Of a DNA stretch of 64,000 bases, positions 19,463-29,100 are shown piece by piece (within the stretch, counting starts at the first letter, position 1; each line of letters begins with the position of its first letter). This stretch comes from an uncultured Muribaculaceae bacterium (GTDB lineage: Bacteria; Bacteroidota; Bacteroidia; Bacteroidales; UBA932). The notes beneath the pieces are model-generated. The model was not told where the DNA came from, made no database searches, and was given only the letters and a program-made list of their open reading frames with translations. A program made the position numbers and the translations under genes. The stretch covers positions 339 through 64,338 of the forward strand of contig CAYZKZ010000003.1 of NCBI GenBank assembly GCA_964479325.1, given 5' to 3'.

Positions 19463-19550
19463 AGTGCGTTACAGAATCATTAACGGTTATTCACGATGCC
19501 TTCCCGGTCTTCTCTCCGATCCCCCCGGCCATCGTTCTGACAAATATACG

Positions 19551-19587
19551 AAAAAAGTCGGACTGTCAACATTGACAATCCGACTTT
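19551..19587 (-). terminator. Long hairpin with U-tail immediately upstream of the pyrH promoter
   Basis: 16-bp inverted repeat (19554-19569/19572-19587) with a G-U wobble and T6 on the minus strand. The pyrH -7 element TATATTTG lies at 19541-19548. Confidence 0.6.
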
Positions 19588-19774
19588 CACGCAACGTCAT
19601 CATCACCACCTTTTCTAAACATTTCTCTAAATGCCATCTCACTCGCAAATGTCACTCCCTCTCGCAAAAGTCATTCTCTCTCCAATGTCACTTCCTTTCC
19701 AAACGGCGCTCACCCATCTCCAAACGTTATCACCTCGCATATAATCCCCCTTTCCAAACGTCACTCCACTCTCT

Positions 19775-20105
19775 CCAAAACAGATTTGCGGCCGCACCAT
19801 AAAAATATCCACGTCAGAACCGCCTCGTCCTGCAATTCCGTTTTCACCACAGGTAGAAAATCGCCTCCACACACGCGCAGGTGGCAGGTTCGTTCCCCCG
19901 CCCCAAAACAGATTTGCGGGTCGAACACCGCCGCAGGATATTCAGGGAAGGGGTGCGATGCAATTCCGTTTTCACTCACGACCGAGAACCGCCTCCACAC
20001 GGGCGCAGGTGGCAGGTTCGTTTCCCCGCCCCAAAACAGATCTGCGTACCGAACACCGCCGCAGGATATTCAGGGAAGGGGCGCTCCGCAATTCCGTTTC
20101 GCCAC
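19775..20105. repeat. 128-bp tandem repeat, ~2.6 copies
   Basis: CCAAAACAGAT at 19775, 19903 and 20031; GCAATTCCGTTT at 19832, 19960 and 20088. Confidence 0.9.
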
Positions 20106-20584
20106 GGGATAGGGAATCGCATCGATGGAACGGATTAACGATGGAGACACAACGTGAATATTCCTGAGTCGGGCTTCGTGAAATTGGCGAGTACACCACC
20201 ATTGGGCAGAATGTTGTCCAGACCAGCCGGGTGTTCTCAAATCTGGTCCGCAAACGGGGTTAAAGTACACCTCTATGCCACCGAACCCATTGTAGGCCAC
20301 ATCGGTGTCCTCGCCAATTGTAAACAGAGAGCCAATCCGGATCAGCCGAAAAAGTGGATGGAGAGGAAGATTAGGCATAAATCTTCGGAACACTGAAAAT
20401 GACGCTCTCACATACTTTTGCGTGGTCAGGTGCAAAAGTATGTGTTTAGGCATAGATGTTCTTGAGCCGGAATAGGGGTTTTCGGTCGCTGAGCCTGTCG
20501 AAGCGAGGAGCAACCGAAAGGTGGACTCGATCCGAGTTTAGGGGCCAGGGTCCAAACAAGGGACGGCAGCAATCACAAGGGCAT

Positions 20585-20625
20585 AAAAAAAACCGAAGTC
20601 TCCCCAAAAACAAGGGAGACTTCGG
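20585..20625 (-). terminator. Intrinsic terminator after tRNA-Leu
   Basis: CCGAAGTCTCCC...GGGAGACTTCGG hairpin followed by T8 on the minus strand. Confidence 0.85.
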
Positions 20626-20631
20626 CCAGAG

Positions 20632-20716
20632 TGCCCAAAGCCGGGCTCGAACCGGCACGTCTTTAAGGGACATTGGATTTTGAGTCCAACGCGTCTACCA
20701 ATTCCGCCATTCGGGC
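20632..20716 (-). tRNA. tRNA-Leu (CAA)
   Basis: GCCCGAATGGCGGAATTGGTAGACGCG-TTGGA-CTCAAAA-TCCAA, long variable arm, GCCGGTTCGAGCCCGGC-TTTGGGCA. CCA is not encoded. Confidence 0.96.
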
Positions 20717-20949
20717 ATATTCAATGAACACTTTTCTGTGGAAGCGAGGCTTGCCGCGCGGGGCTGACCGGCTGACACAGGATTGCAAAGGTATTGATTT
20801 TCCTTGGATATTCCAAAGAAAAGTGCCTGTTCCCGGCAAAATATTCGCAATCAGTCATTATGAGCGAATTAGGCGGCGCAGGGGAGAACATCTTTTGCAA
20901 AAACTGACTATCTTTGCAAGGTTAGAATCAAGACCGCATCAATAATAAA

Positions 20950-21147
20950 GAAAGCAAGTCCCTTCCCCGAGGGAAGGGATTTAGGGAAGGGGTGACGCGA
21001 AAGGTCCCTGGGGTGCGTGAAACGCATCCCCTTCCCCGAGGGAAAGGACGTAGGGAAGGGTGACGTGAATAGATGAAGGTGGGTGATCACCTTTGAATGT
21101 GAGATATTTTTTACCGCAAGCGATCACCGGTTTGCAAGAGATAAGTT
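20950..21147 (+). repeat. ~190-bp dispersed G/C-tract element, copy 2, in the leader of the zinc peptidase gene
   Basis: Reverse-complement homologue of 17655-17850. Confidence 0.85.
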
Positions 21148-22008
21148 ATGAATCTGGACGGAAGACGCGAAAGCAGCAACGTGGATGACAGAAGAGGAAT
21201 GGGACGGGGCGCCAAGGCCGGGGTCGGTCTGGGCGGAACCATCATCATCGCACTGATCGTGATGCTGTTGGGAGGAGACCCGTCATCGGTGCTGGAAGAA
21301 GTCTCGTCAATCCAGGGGACGGAGCAGACGGACGGTGGGGCGGAGTTCTCGGCCGAGGAGCAGGAGCTTGCCTCATTCGCGAAGAAGATCCTTGCAGGGA
21401 CGGAGGATGTCTGGACGGCGATATTCGCTAAGTATGGCTACGAATATGATCCCCCGAGGATGGTGCTTTACTCCGGTTCAACAACCTCAGGGTGCGGAGC
21501 CGCCAGCTCGTCGGTGGGGCCGTTCTACTGCTCGGCCGACCAATGCGTCTATCTCGACCTGAGTTTCTTCACATCAATGAAGCGGCAGATCGGAGCCGAC
21601 GGAGATCTGGCCTACGCCTACGTGATCGCCCACGAGGTCGGCCACCACGTCCAGTACCTGCTCGGAACACTCGGACAGGCCCACCAGAAGATGGCTCGTG
21701 TCAGCAAGACAGAGGCCAATGCCATAAGTGTCAGGCTTGAGCTTCAGGCGGACTACTATGCGGGTGTCTGGGCGATGAACGATGACAAAAGGTTCAACTC
21801 GCTGGAGAAGGGCGACATAGAGAACGCCCTGGACTGCGCCGCCAAGATAGGCGACGACTATCTCCAGAAGAAGGCGAGGGGCTATGTGGTGACGGAGTCG
21901 TTCACCCACGGGACCGCAAAGCAGCGCTACAACTGGCTCAAGCGCGGGCTTCAGTACGGCGACTTGGAACACGGTGACACATTCGGTGTCGCGGCATCCA
22001 AATTGTAG
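21148..22008 (+). CDS. Neutral zinc metallopeptidase (YpfJ-like)
   Basis: RESSNVDDRR, GPFYCSAD, AHEVGHHVQ, ELQAD and FTHGT motifs. Confidence 0.92.
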   Translation: MNLDGRRESSNVDDRRGMGRGAKAGVGLGGTIIIALIVMLLGGDPSSVLEEVSSIQGTEQTDGGAEFSAEEQELASFAKKILAGTEDVWTAIFAKYGYEYDPPRMVLYSGSTTSGCGAASSSVGPFYCSADQCVYLDLSFFTSMKRQIGADGDLAYAYVIAHEVGHHVQYLLGTLGQAHQKMARVSKTEANAISVRLELQADYYAGVWAMNDDKRFNSLEKGDIENALDCAAKIGDDYLQKKARGYVVTESFTHGTAKQRYNWLKRGLQYGDLEHGDTFGVAASKL

Positions 22009-22120
22009 TGGTCTGACACCGGAATCCGCGGCCGGACAAACCGCGGAAAAGACATAGAGCTTTGGTCCGGAAACGGACAACGAAACATATCACATCAAAC
22101 GAAATTTTAAGCTCAACGAA

Positions 22121-24055
22121 ATGAAACACTTTTCTTTGCCAAAGAACGGTGGACTGATTGAGGAGAACCTGCCGAAGAGCATTCTCCATTCCTACGAGAG
22201 GATCACCACCGAGATCTTCAATGACGCCACCGCCGGAAGCGACAGCGTGGCGGACATCATTGTCAAAGCCATCAATGATCACGAAAGGGCCGCCCTTCCG
22301 CGTCCTTTCAAGCTTGGCCTCACCACAGGAGTGACTCCAGTGTCCCTTTACAGCAACCTCACCAGACAGTACAAGGAGGGCAAGGTCTCATTCGCCAACG
22401 TGGAGGTGTTCTCCATCGACGAGTACTACCCTTGCGGCAAGGATTCCGTCCAGAGCCGCAACCACAGGCTTCACGCCGAGTTCCTGGACAATGTGGATGT
22501 CAGGAAGGAGAACATTCATATTCCTGACGGGACAGTCTCCAAGGAGGAGGTTTCCGACTATTGCGCCGAGTTCGAGAAGATCGCGAGGGGGCTTGACCTG
22601 CTTGTGATAGGGGTCGGCGAAGGCGGTCAGGTCGGATTCAACGAGGCCGGGTCGTCCGAGAAGAGCCGCACCCGCACCGTGACTCTCTCCTACCAGTCCA
22701 GAAAGAGACAGGCGCGCAACTTCAACGGCGATGTCAACGTCACTCCGAGGACAGCCATCACAATGGGCATCGGCACGATGATGAGCGCACGCAGGATCAT
22801 CCTTATGGCCTGGGGAGAGGACAAGGCCGAGGTCGTCAAGAAAGTCGTGGAGGGCGAGATGGAGCCTTCCTGCCCCGCATCCTGGCTTCAGGCGCACGAC
22901 AACATCACGTTCTTCACGGACGAGATGTCGGCTTCACTGCTGACAAGGCAGGTCGCCCCTTGGATGGTCGGACCTTGCGAGTGGACGGACACACTCATCC
23001 GCAAAGCCGTGGTGTGGCTCTGCCAGAAAGTCCACAAGCCGATTCTCAAACTCACGCAGCAGGACTATCTTGAGAACTTCCTCGGAGAGCTGATCGAGCT
23101 TTACGGACCGTTCGACAAGATCAACATAGACGTATTCAATGACTTCCAGCACACAATCACAGGATGGCCGGGAGGAAAGCCGAACGCCGACGACACGACA
23201 AGGCCTGTCAAATCGACCCCGTTCCCTAAGAAGGTCCTCATCTTTTCCCCTCACCCGGACGACGATGTGATCTCGATGGGCGGCACGTTCATCCGTCTTG
23301 TCCATCAGGGACACGATGTGCACGTGGCCTACGAGACTTCAGGCGACCTTGCCGTCCACGACGACGTGGTTCTCCAGCATATGGACGCGGCCTACCAGCT
23401 TGGATTCGCCGACAAGTTCGACGAGGTCAAGAAGATCATCGAGTCCAAGAAGCCTGGCGAGCCTGAGCCTAAGGAACTTCTGGCCATCAAGGCGGCCATC
23501 CGACGCAGCGAGGCCCGCGGGGCTGACAGAAGTTTCGGTCTGAACGACAACACGAACGTGCATTTCCTCAACCTGCCGTTCTACGAGTCCGGCGGCGTGA
23601 CGAAATTTCCTCGCACGCAGAAAGACCTTGACATCATCAAGGAACTGATCGTCAAGATCCATCCTGACCAGATCTATATGGCCGGAGACCTCGCCGACCC
23701 TCACGGAACGCACCGCGTCTGCACGGAAGCGGCCTTGGAGGCCATCGAGCAGCTGAAGGAGGAAGGGAACGACTGGCTCAACGACACCACGATCTGGCTC
23801 TACAGGGGTGCCTGGATGGAGTGGGAGCTGTGGAGAGTCGATATGGCCGTTCCTCTCAGCCCGGACGAGCTGATCGAGAAGCGCCACGCCATCTTCCGCC
23901 ACCTTTCCCAGAAGGACATCGTTCCGTTCCCGGGAGACGACCCGAGGGAGTTCTGGCAGAGGGCCGAGGAGCGCACACAGAACACGGCGCGGCTCTACGA
24001 CGAGCTTGGAATGGCTGAATATCAAGCCATCGAGGTGTTCCTGAAATTGAAATAA
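22121..24055 (+). CDS. GlcN6P-deaminase-like domain fused to a PIG-L/LmbE deacetylase domain
   Basis: NagB fold at the N-terminus (IDEYYP, GFNEAGS); C-terminal SPHPDDD and DPHGTH. Confidence 0.88.
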   Translation: MKHFSLPKNGGLIEENLPKSILHSYERITTEIFNDATAGSDSVADIIVKAINDHERAALPRPFKLGLTTGVTPVSLYSNLTRQYKEGKVSFANVEVFSIDEYYPCGKDSVQSRNHRLHAEFLDNVDVRKENIHIPDGTVSKEEVSDYCAEFEKIARGLDLLVIGVGEGGQVGFNEAGSSEKSRTRTVTLSYQSRKRQARNFNGDVNVTPRTAITMGIGTMMSARRIILMAWGEDKAEVVKKVVEGEMEPSCPASWLQAHDNITFFTDEMSASLLTRQVAPWMVGPCEWTDTLIRKAVVWLCQKVHKPILKLTQQDYLENFLGELIELYGPFDKINIDVFNDFQHTITGWPGGKPNADDTTRPVKSTPFPKKVLIFSPHPDDDVISMGGTFIRLVHQGHDVHVAYETSGDLAVHDDVVLQHMDAAYQLGFADKFDEVKKIIESKKPGEPEPKELLAIKAAIRRSEARGADRSFGLNDNTNVHFLNLPFYESGGVTKFPRTQKDLDIIKELIVKIHPDQIYMAGDLADPHGTHRVCTEAALEAIEQLKEEGNDWLNDTTIWLYRGAWMEWELWRVDMAVPLSPDELIEKRHAIFRHLSQKDIVPFPGDDPREFWQRAEERTQNTARLYDELGMAEYQAIEVFLKLK

Positions 24056-24140
24056 GGACCTGTTTTGAATATATTAAACCCGAATATCACAGTTACTGAA
24101 TATTACAAAATAGAGATCACTTAAAAATCACTACACTATT

Positions 24141-24935
24141 ATGAAAGTCATAATCAGAGACACAAAGAAAGAGGGCTCAATCTGGGCAGCCCATCACATC
24201 GTAGCAGCCATCAAGGCAAAGGCCGAGAAGACAGACAAGCCGTTCGTGCTCGGACTTCCTACCGGATCAACTCCGCTGGATGTCTATGCCGAGCTCGTCA
24301 GGATGTACGAGGCCGGAGAGGTTTCCTTCAAGAATGTCGTCACATTCAATATGGATGAATATGTCGGACTTCCTGAGAGCCACCCAGAGAGCTACCACAG
24401 CTTTATGCACAAGAACCTGTTCGACAAGGTGGACGTTCCGGCAGGCAACATCCACATCCTCAACGGCAACGCTCCTGACCTCGCCAAAGAGTGCGAGGAC
24501 TACGAGAAGGCCATCGTGGAGGCAGGCGGAATCGACCTGTTCCTCGGCGGAGTCGGCGAGGACGGACACCTCGCCTTCAACGAGCCGTTCTCATCCCTCA
24601 ACTCAAGGACAAGGGTGATGACCCTGACACAGGACACCCTGGAGGTCAACTCCCGCTTCTTCGACAACGATGTGAACAAGGTTCCTAAGCAGGCTATGTC
24701 AGTGGGAGTCGCCACTGTCTGCGGTGCGAAAGAGGTTCTCGTCCTGGCTTTCGGCGGAAAGAAGGCGAAGGCTGTCAAGGACGCCATCGAGGGACCAGTA
24801 AGCCACTATGTCACGCTGTCAGCGCTCCAGCTGCACGAGAACGGTGTCGTTGTGCTTGACGAGCCGGCCTCCGGTGAGCTTAAGGTGAACTCCTACCGCT
24901 ACTTCAAGGCTGTCGAGGCTGCGGAGAACAAGTAG
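24141..24935 (+). CDS. nagB: Glucosamine-6-phosphate deaminase
   Basis: [18 protein letters not shown] and [11 protein letters not shown] motifs. Confidence 0.96.
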   Translation: MKVIIRDTKKEGSIWAAHHIVAAIKAKAEKTDKPFVLGLPTGSTPLDVYAELVRMYEAGEVSFKNVVTFNMDEYVGLPESHPESYHSFMHKNLFDKVDVPAGNIHILNGNAPDLAKECEDYEKAIVEAGGIDLFLGGVGEDGHLAFNEPFSSLNSRTRVMTLTQDTLEVNSRFFDNDVNKVPKQAMSVGVATVCGAKEVLVLAFGGKKAKAVKDAIEGPVSHYVTLSALQLHENGVVVLDEPASGELKVNSYRYFKAVEAAENK

Positions 24936-24976
24936 TGCGTGGCGGATAAACGCAAGTAAATCAAACTATTAAGCAT

Positions 24977-25006
24977 TATCCTCCCGCCGGATTCGACGGG
25001 AGGATA
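24977..25006 (+). terminator. Hairpin after nagB
   Basis: TATCCTCCCG...CGGGAGGATA inverted repeat. Confidence 0.55.
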
Positions 25007-25025
25007 TTCATTTAAAACACTATCA

Positions 25026-26114
25026 ATGAATATGTTATCCGCCACGATTATTTCCGTCCTGCTGGCACTTAACACATCGGTCGCTGAGGTCGCTGAGGTC
25101 GCTGAGCCTGTCGAAGCGGTCGAAGCGGTCGAAGCGGCTGGGGAAACCACAAATGCAACTTCGGTCTCGGTGGTCACTTCGACAGGCTCAGTGACCAACG
25201 CTCGCACAGTGACCGGCACTCACACAATGACCGGAGCGCGCTCGATTCCCGCCGCAACGATGCCCGCCAACGCGACCCCGGAGGCCGGGGTAAAGGAAAG
25301 GTGCAAAAGGTTCACGATGAGGAACCAGGGACTGGAACGGGAATATTACCTCTACCGTCCGGAGGGTCTTAAGGCCGGGGCGCCGCTGGTGATCGTCCTG
25401 CACGGCTACGGCGGTTCTGCTCTCAAGGGAAAAAGGGAGATGATGGATGTGGCCGACAGGAACGGATTTGCGGTCTGCTACCCTCAGGGCATCAAAGACC
25501 CGAAGGGAAAACCGGGATGGAATGTCCGCTACCCTTCCCAGGAGGGGATGAAGACGGATGACGTGAAATTCCTCGTCGCCCTGTCCAAGGAACTTCAGAA
25601 GAAGTTCAGCCTCAGCGAGAAGAACACCTTCCTGACCGGGATGTCCAACGGAGGCGACATCATCTATCTGATCGCGATGCGCGCACCGAGGGCTTTCAAG
25701 GCGATGGCTTCGATCGCCGGACTACAGTTCAGCTGGATGGAGACTGAATATTCCTACAAGCATCCGCTGCCGTTTATGGAGGTCCACGGAACGCAGGACC
25801 ATACTTCCGAATGGCTCGGAGACCCTGAGAACAAGGGCGGCTGGGGTGCGTACCTTCCGGTGCCTGCGGCGGTGGCAAGAATCATCGCGATCGACGGATG
25901 CACCGAGGAATATGTCACCGAGTTTCCTCGCCGGGAAGGCCGTAACCAGGTCACACTCTATCAGTTCAAGGCCGGAAAGCCGGTGGTGAAAGGAGGGAAA
26001 CCGACCGAGGTCTGGCTCTACAAAGTCGAGGGCGGTAACCATTCCTGGTCCGACAAGGACTTTGACACCTGCTCCGAAATCTGGCGTTTCTTCTCCCTGT
26101 GGTTGGAAATGTGA
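25026..26114 (+). CDS. Secreted alpha/beta-hydrolase (PHB depolymerase/LpqC-like esterase) with a REP-derived N-terminal linker
   Basis: LHGYGG, nucleophile GMSNGG, HGTQD and GGNHSW. Confidence 0.85.
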   Translation: MNMLSATIISVLLALNTSVAEVAEVAEPVEAVEAVEAAGETTNATSVSVVTSTGSVTNARTVTGTHTMTGARSIPAATMPANATPEAGVKERCKRFTMRNQGLEREYYLYRPEGLKAGAPLVIVLHGYGGSALKGKREMMDVADRNGFAVCYPQGIKDPKGKPGWNVRYPSQEGMKTDDVKFLVALSKELQKKFSLSEKNTFLTGMSNGGDIIYLIAMRAPRAFKAMASIAGLQFSWMETEYSYKHPLPFMEVHGTQDHTSEWLGDPENKGGWGAYLPVPAAVARIIAIDGCTEEYVTEFPRREGRNQVTLYQFKAGKPVVKGGKPTEVWLYKVEGGNHSWSDKDFDTCSEIWRFFSLWLEM

Positions 26115-26159
26115 GGTTAAAAGGCTAACTTTGTGATAGTCTAAAAAAGAACTTCAAAG

Positions 26160-29100
26160 ATGTCCAATTACCGCATTTTCGTGGAAAAACGCCCTGAGTT
26201 CCAGGTGGAGGCAAAGAGCCTTCTCGCCGAACTCAACGAGAATCTGCGGCTGGAGTTGAAAACGCTCCGGCTGCTTAATGTTTATGACCTGTTCGGATTC
26301 ACACCCGAACTTCTGGAGAAAAGCCGCTACAGCGTCTTCGGAGAGATCGTGACAGACACGGTCACGGACAGCATCGACCTTGACGGGACGAAGTACATCG
26401 CCGTGGAGTACCTGCCGGGTCAGTTCGACCAGAGGGCTGCCTCGGCCGTGGATTGCGTGCACCTGATCGATCCATCGGCCAAGATCAGCATCAAGAGTTC
26501 CAAACTCCTCATCGTCGATTCCGACGCGTCCGAGGAGACACTTGAGAAAATACGTCACTACTACATAAATCCGGTCGAGTCCCGCGTCAAGGATCTCGGC
26601 AAACTGGCCGACACGGAACACGCCGCCGTCAAGCCCGTCCCTGTACTTGAGGGACTCAGGAACCTCAAGGGGGATGAGCTGAAAGCCTTCTGCAAGAAGA
26701 TGGGTCTGGCGATGAACGCCGACGACCTCGCCGAGGTCGTGTCCTACTTCACAAAGGAAGGCAGAGACCCTAACGAGACCGAACTCAGAATTCTGGACAC
26801 CTACTGGAGCGACCATTGCCGCCACACCACGTTCACCACAGAACTGGAGAGCATCGATGTGGAGGACTCCTTCATCAAGGAGGACATTGAAGGGACATTG
26901 GCACTGTACCTGAAAATGCGCGCCGAGACCGGACGCGAGAAGAAAGGGCTGAATCTGATGGACATCGCCACGATCGGTGCCAAATACCTCAGGAAAAACG
27001 GTCTGCTGGATGATATGGAGGTCAGCGAGGAGAACAACGCCTGCAGCGTTTACATCGACGTGGATGTGGATGGACAGACCGAGAAGTGGCTGCTGATGTT
27101 CAAGAACGAGACCCACAACCACCCTACCGAGATCGAGCCGTTCGGAGGAGCGGCGACCTGCCTCGGCGGAGCCATCCGCGACCCTCTCTCCGGACGCTCG
27201 TACGTCTATCAGGCGATGCGCGTCACAGGAGCGGGAGACATCTACAAGCCTGTCAGCGAGACCCTTCCGGGCAAGCTTCCGCAGAAGGTCATCACCAAGA
27301 AGGCCGCGCACGGATATTCATCCTACGGCAACCAGATAGGCCTTGCCACCACCCACGTCCGGGAGATTTACAACGAAGGCTACACCGCCAAGAGAATGGA
27401 GGTGGGAGCCGTTGTCGGAGCCGTCAAGGCCGAGAACGTCAGAAGGGAAAGCCCTGCGGCCGGAGATGTCGTGCTGATGATCGGCGGACGCACAGGCCGT
27501 GACGGAATCGGAGGCGCCACCGGCTCGTCAAAGGAACACACGGAGGAGTCCCTTGAGACCTGCGGAAGCGAGGTACAGAAGGGTAACGCTCCTGAGGAAA
27601 GAAAACTGGAAAGGCTTTTCAGAAGGCCTGAGGTCACAAGGCTCATCAAGAAATCCAACGACTTCGGAGCGGGCGGAGTCAGCGTCGCGATCGGCGAGCT
27701 GGCCGACGGACTGGACATCTACCTCGACCGCGTTCCGGTCAAATACAGCGGAATGAACACCACCGAACTGGCCATCAGCGAATCGCAGGAAAGAATGGCC
27801 GTAGTGGTGGAGGCGAAGGACGAGGAGGAGTTCAAGAGGCTTTGCCATTCCGAGAACATCGAGGTGACGAATGTCGCCGATGTCACGGACACCGCAAGGA
27901 TGAGGATGTTCTACAACGGAAAGACGGTCGTCGATCTGAGCCGTGCGTTCATCGACAGCGCCGGGGCGAAGCACTATTCAAAGGCCACGGTCGGAGCGGT
28001 CGAGGACAGAGACCCGTTCTTCCGCGACATTCCGGGCAAGAATCTGAAAGAGAGAATGTTCGCCAATCTTCAGGATCCTAACGTGACCTGCCAGAAAGGC
28101 CTGATTGAGATGTTCGACTCCACCATCGGACGATCCACCGTGCTGATGCCGTTCGGCGGGGAGCTTCAGACCACGGAGACACAGGTCTCCGTCCAGAAAC
28201 TTCCGGTCGATGGCTACACCGACACGGCAAGTATGATGGCGTTCGGATTCAACCCTGACCTCTGTGAATGGAGCCCTTACCACGGTGCGGCATATTCATT
28301 CATCGAGGCTTGCGCCAAGGTGGTCGCCGCCGGAGGACATTGGGAGACAATGAGATTCTCCTGTCAGGAATATTTTGAGAGGATGACCTCCGACCCTAAG
28401 GTCTGGGGCAAGCCTACCGCCGCCCTGCTCGGCGCGCTGAAGATGCAGAAGGAGTTGGGACTCGCATCCATCGGCGGCAAGGATTCTATGAGCGGCTCGT
28501 TCGAGACCGAGGACGGGACAATCAATGTGCCGCCGACCCTCATAGCGTTCGGAATCACTCCGGTGAAGGCCGACAAGGTGATCTCTCCTGAGTTCAAGTG
28601 GGAGGGAGACCGGCTCTATCTCGTAAGGCACACTCCGCTTGCGGACAGGATGCCGGACACGGAGCAGCTCAAGAGGAACTGGAATTATATTCAGGAAAAG
28701 ATCGCCGACGGGACGATTGTCGCCGGATGGGCCGTCGGGTTCGGAGGAGTCGCCGAGGCGCTCTGCAAGATGAGTTTCGGCAATGCGTTCGGGTTCGACG
28801 TGAAGCTTTCCGAGGACGACCTGTTCAACCTGGGCTACGGCTCGATCGTGGTCGAGACAGACGGTTCGGCGCTCGATTTCGAGAACGCCGAGGAGATCGG
28901 GACCGTCACGTCGGGAGAAGACGGCAACGCTTCCGTCAACGGAACGAAAATCTCCATCTTCGAGATGATGGACTTCAACGCATCCCTCTTCGAGAAGGTC
29001 TATCCCGCAGTCAGCAAGCCTGACTTCAAGAGGGTTCTGCCTAAGGGGATGGAGGGCGTGAAGCCATTCAAGGCCAAGAAGGCGGATCTTGAATATCAGG

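Noticed and set aside
19775-20105. CRISPR array
   Set aside because: Whole 128-bp units are similar with no unique spacers, and no cas genes are present.
20070-20683. Small ORFs between pyrH and tRNA-Leu
   Set aside because: Atypical codon usage, no motifs, and overlap with repeats and the tRNA.
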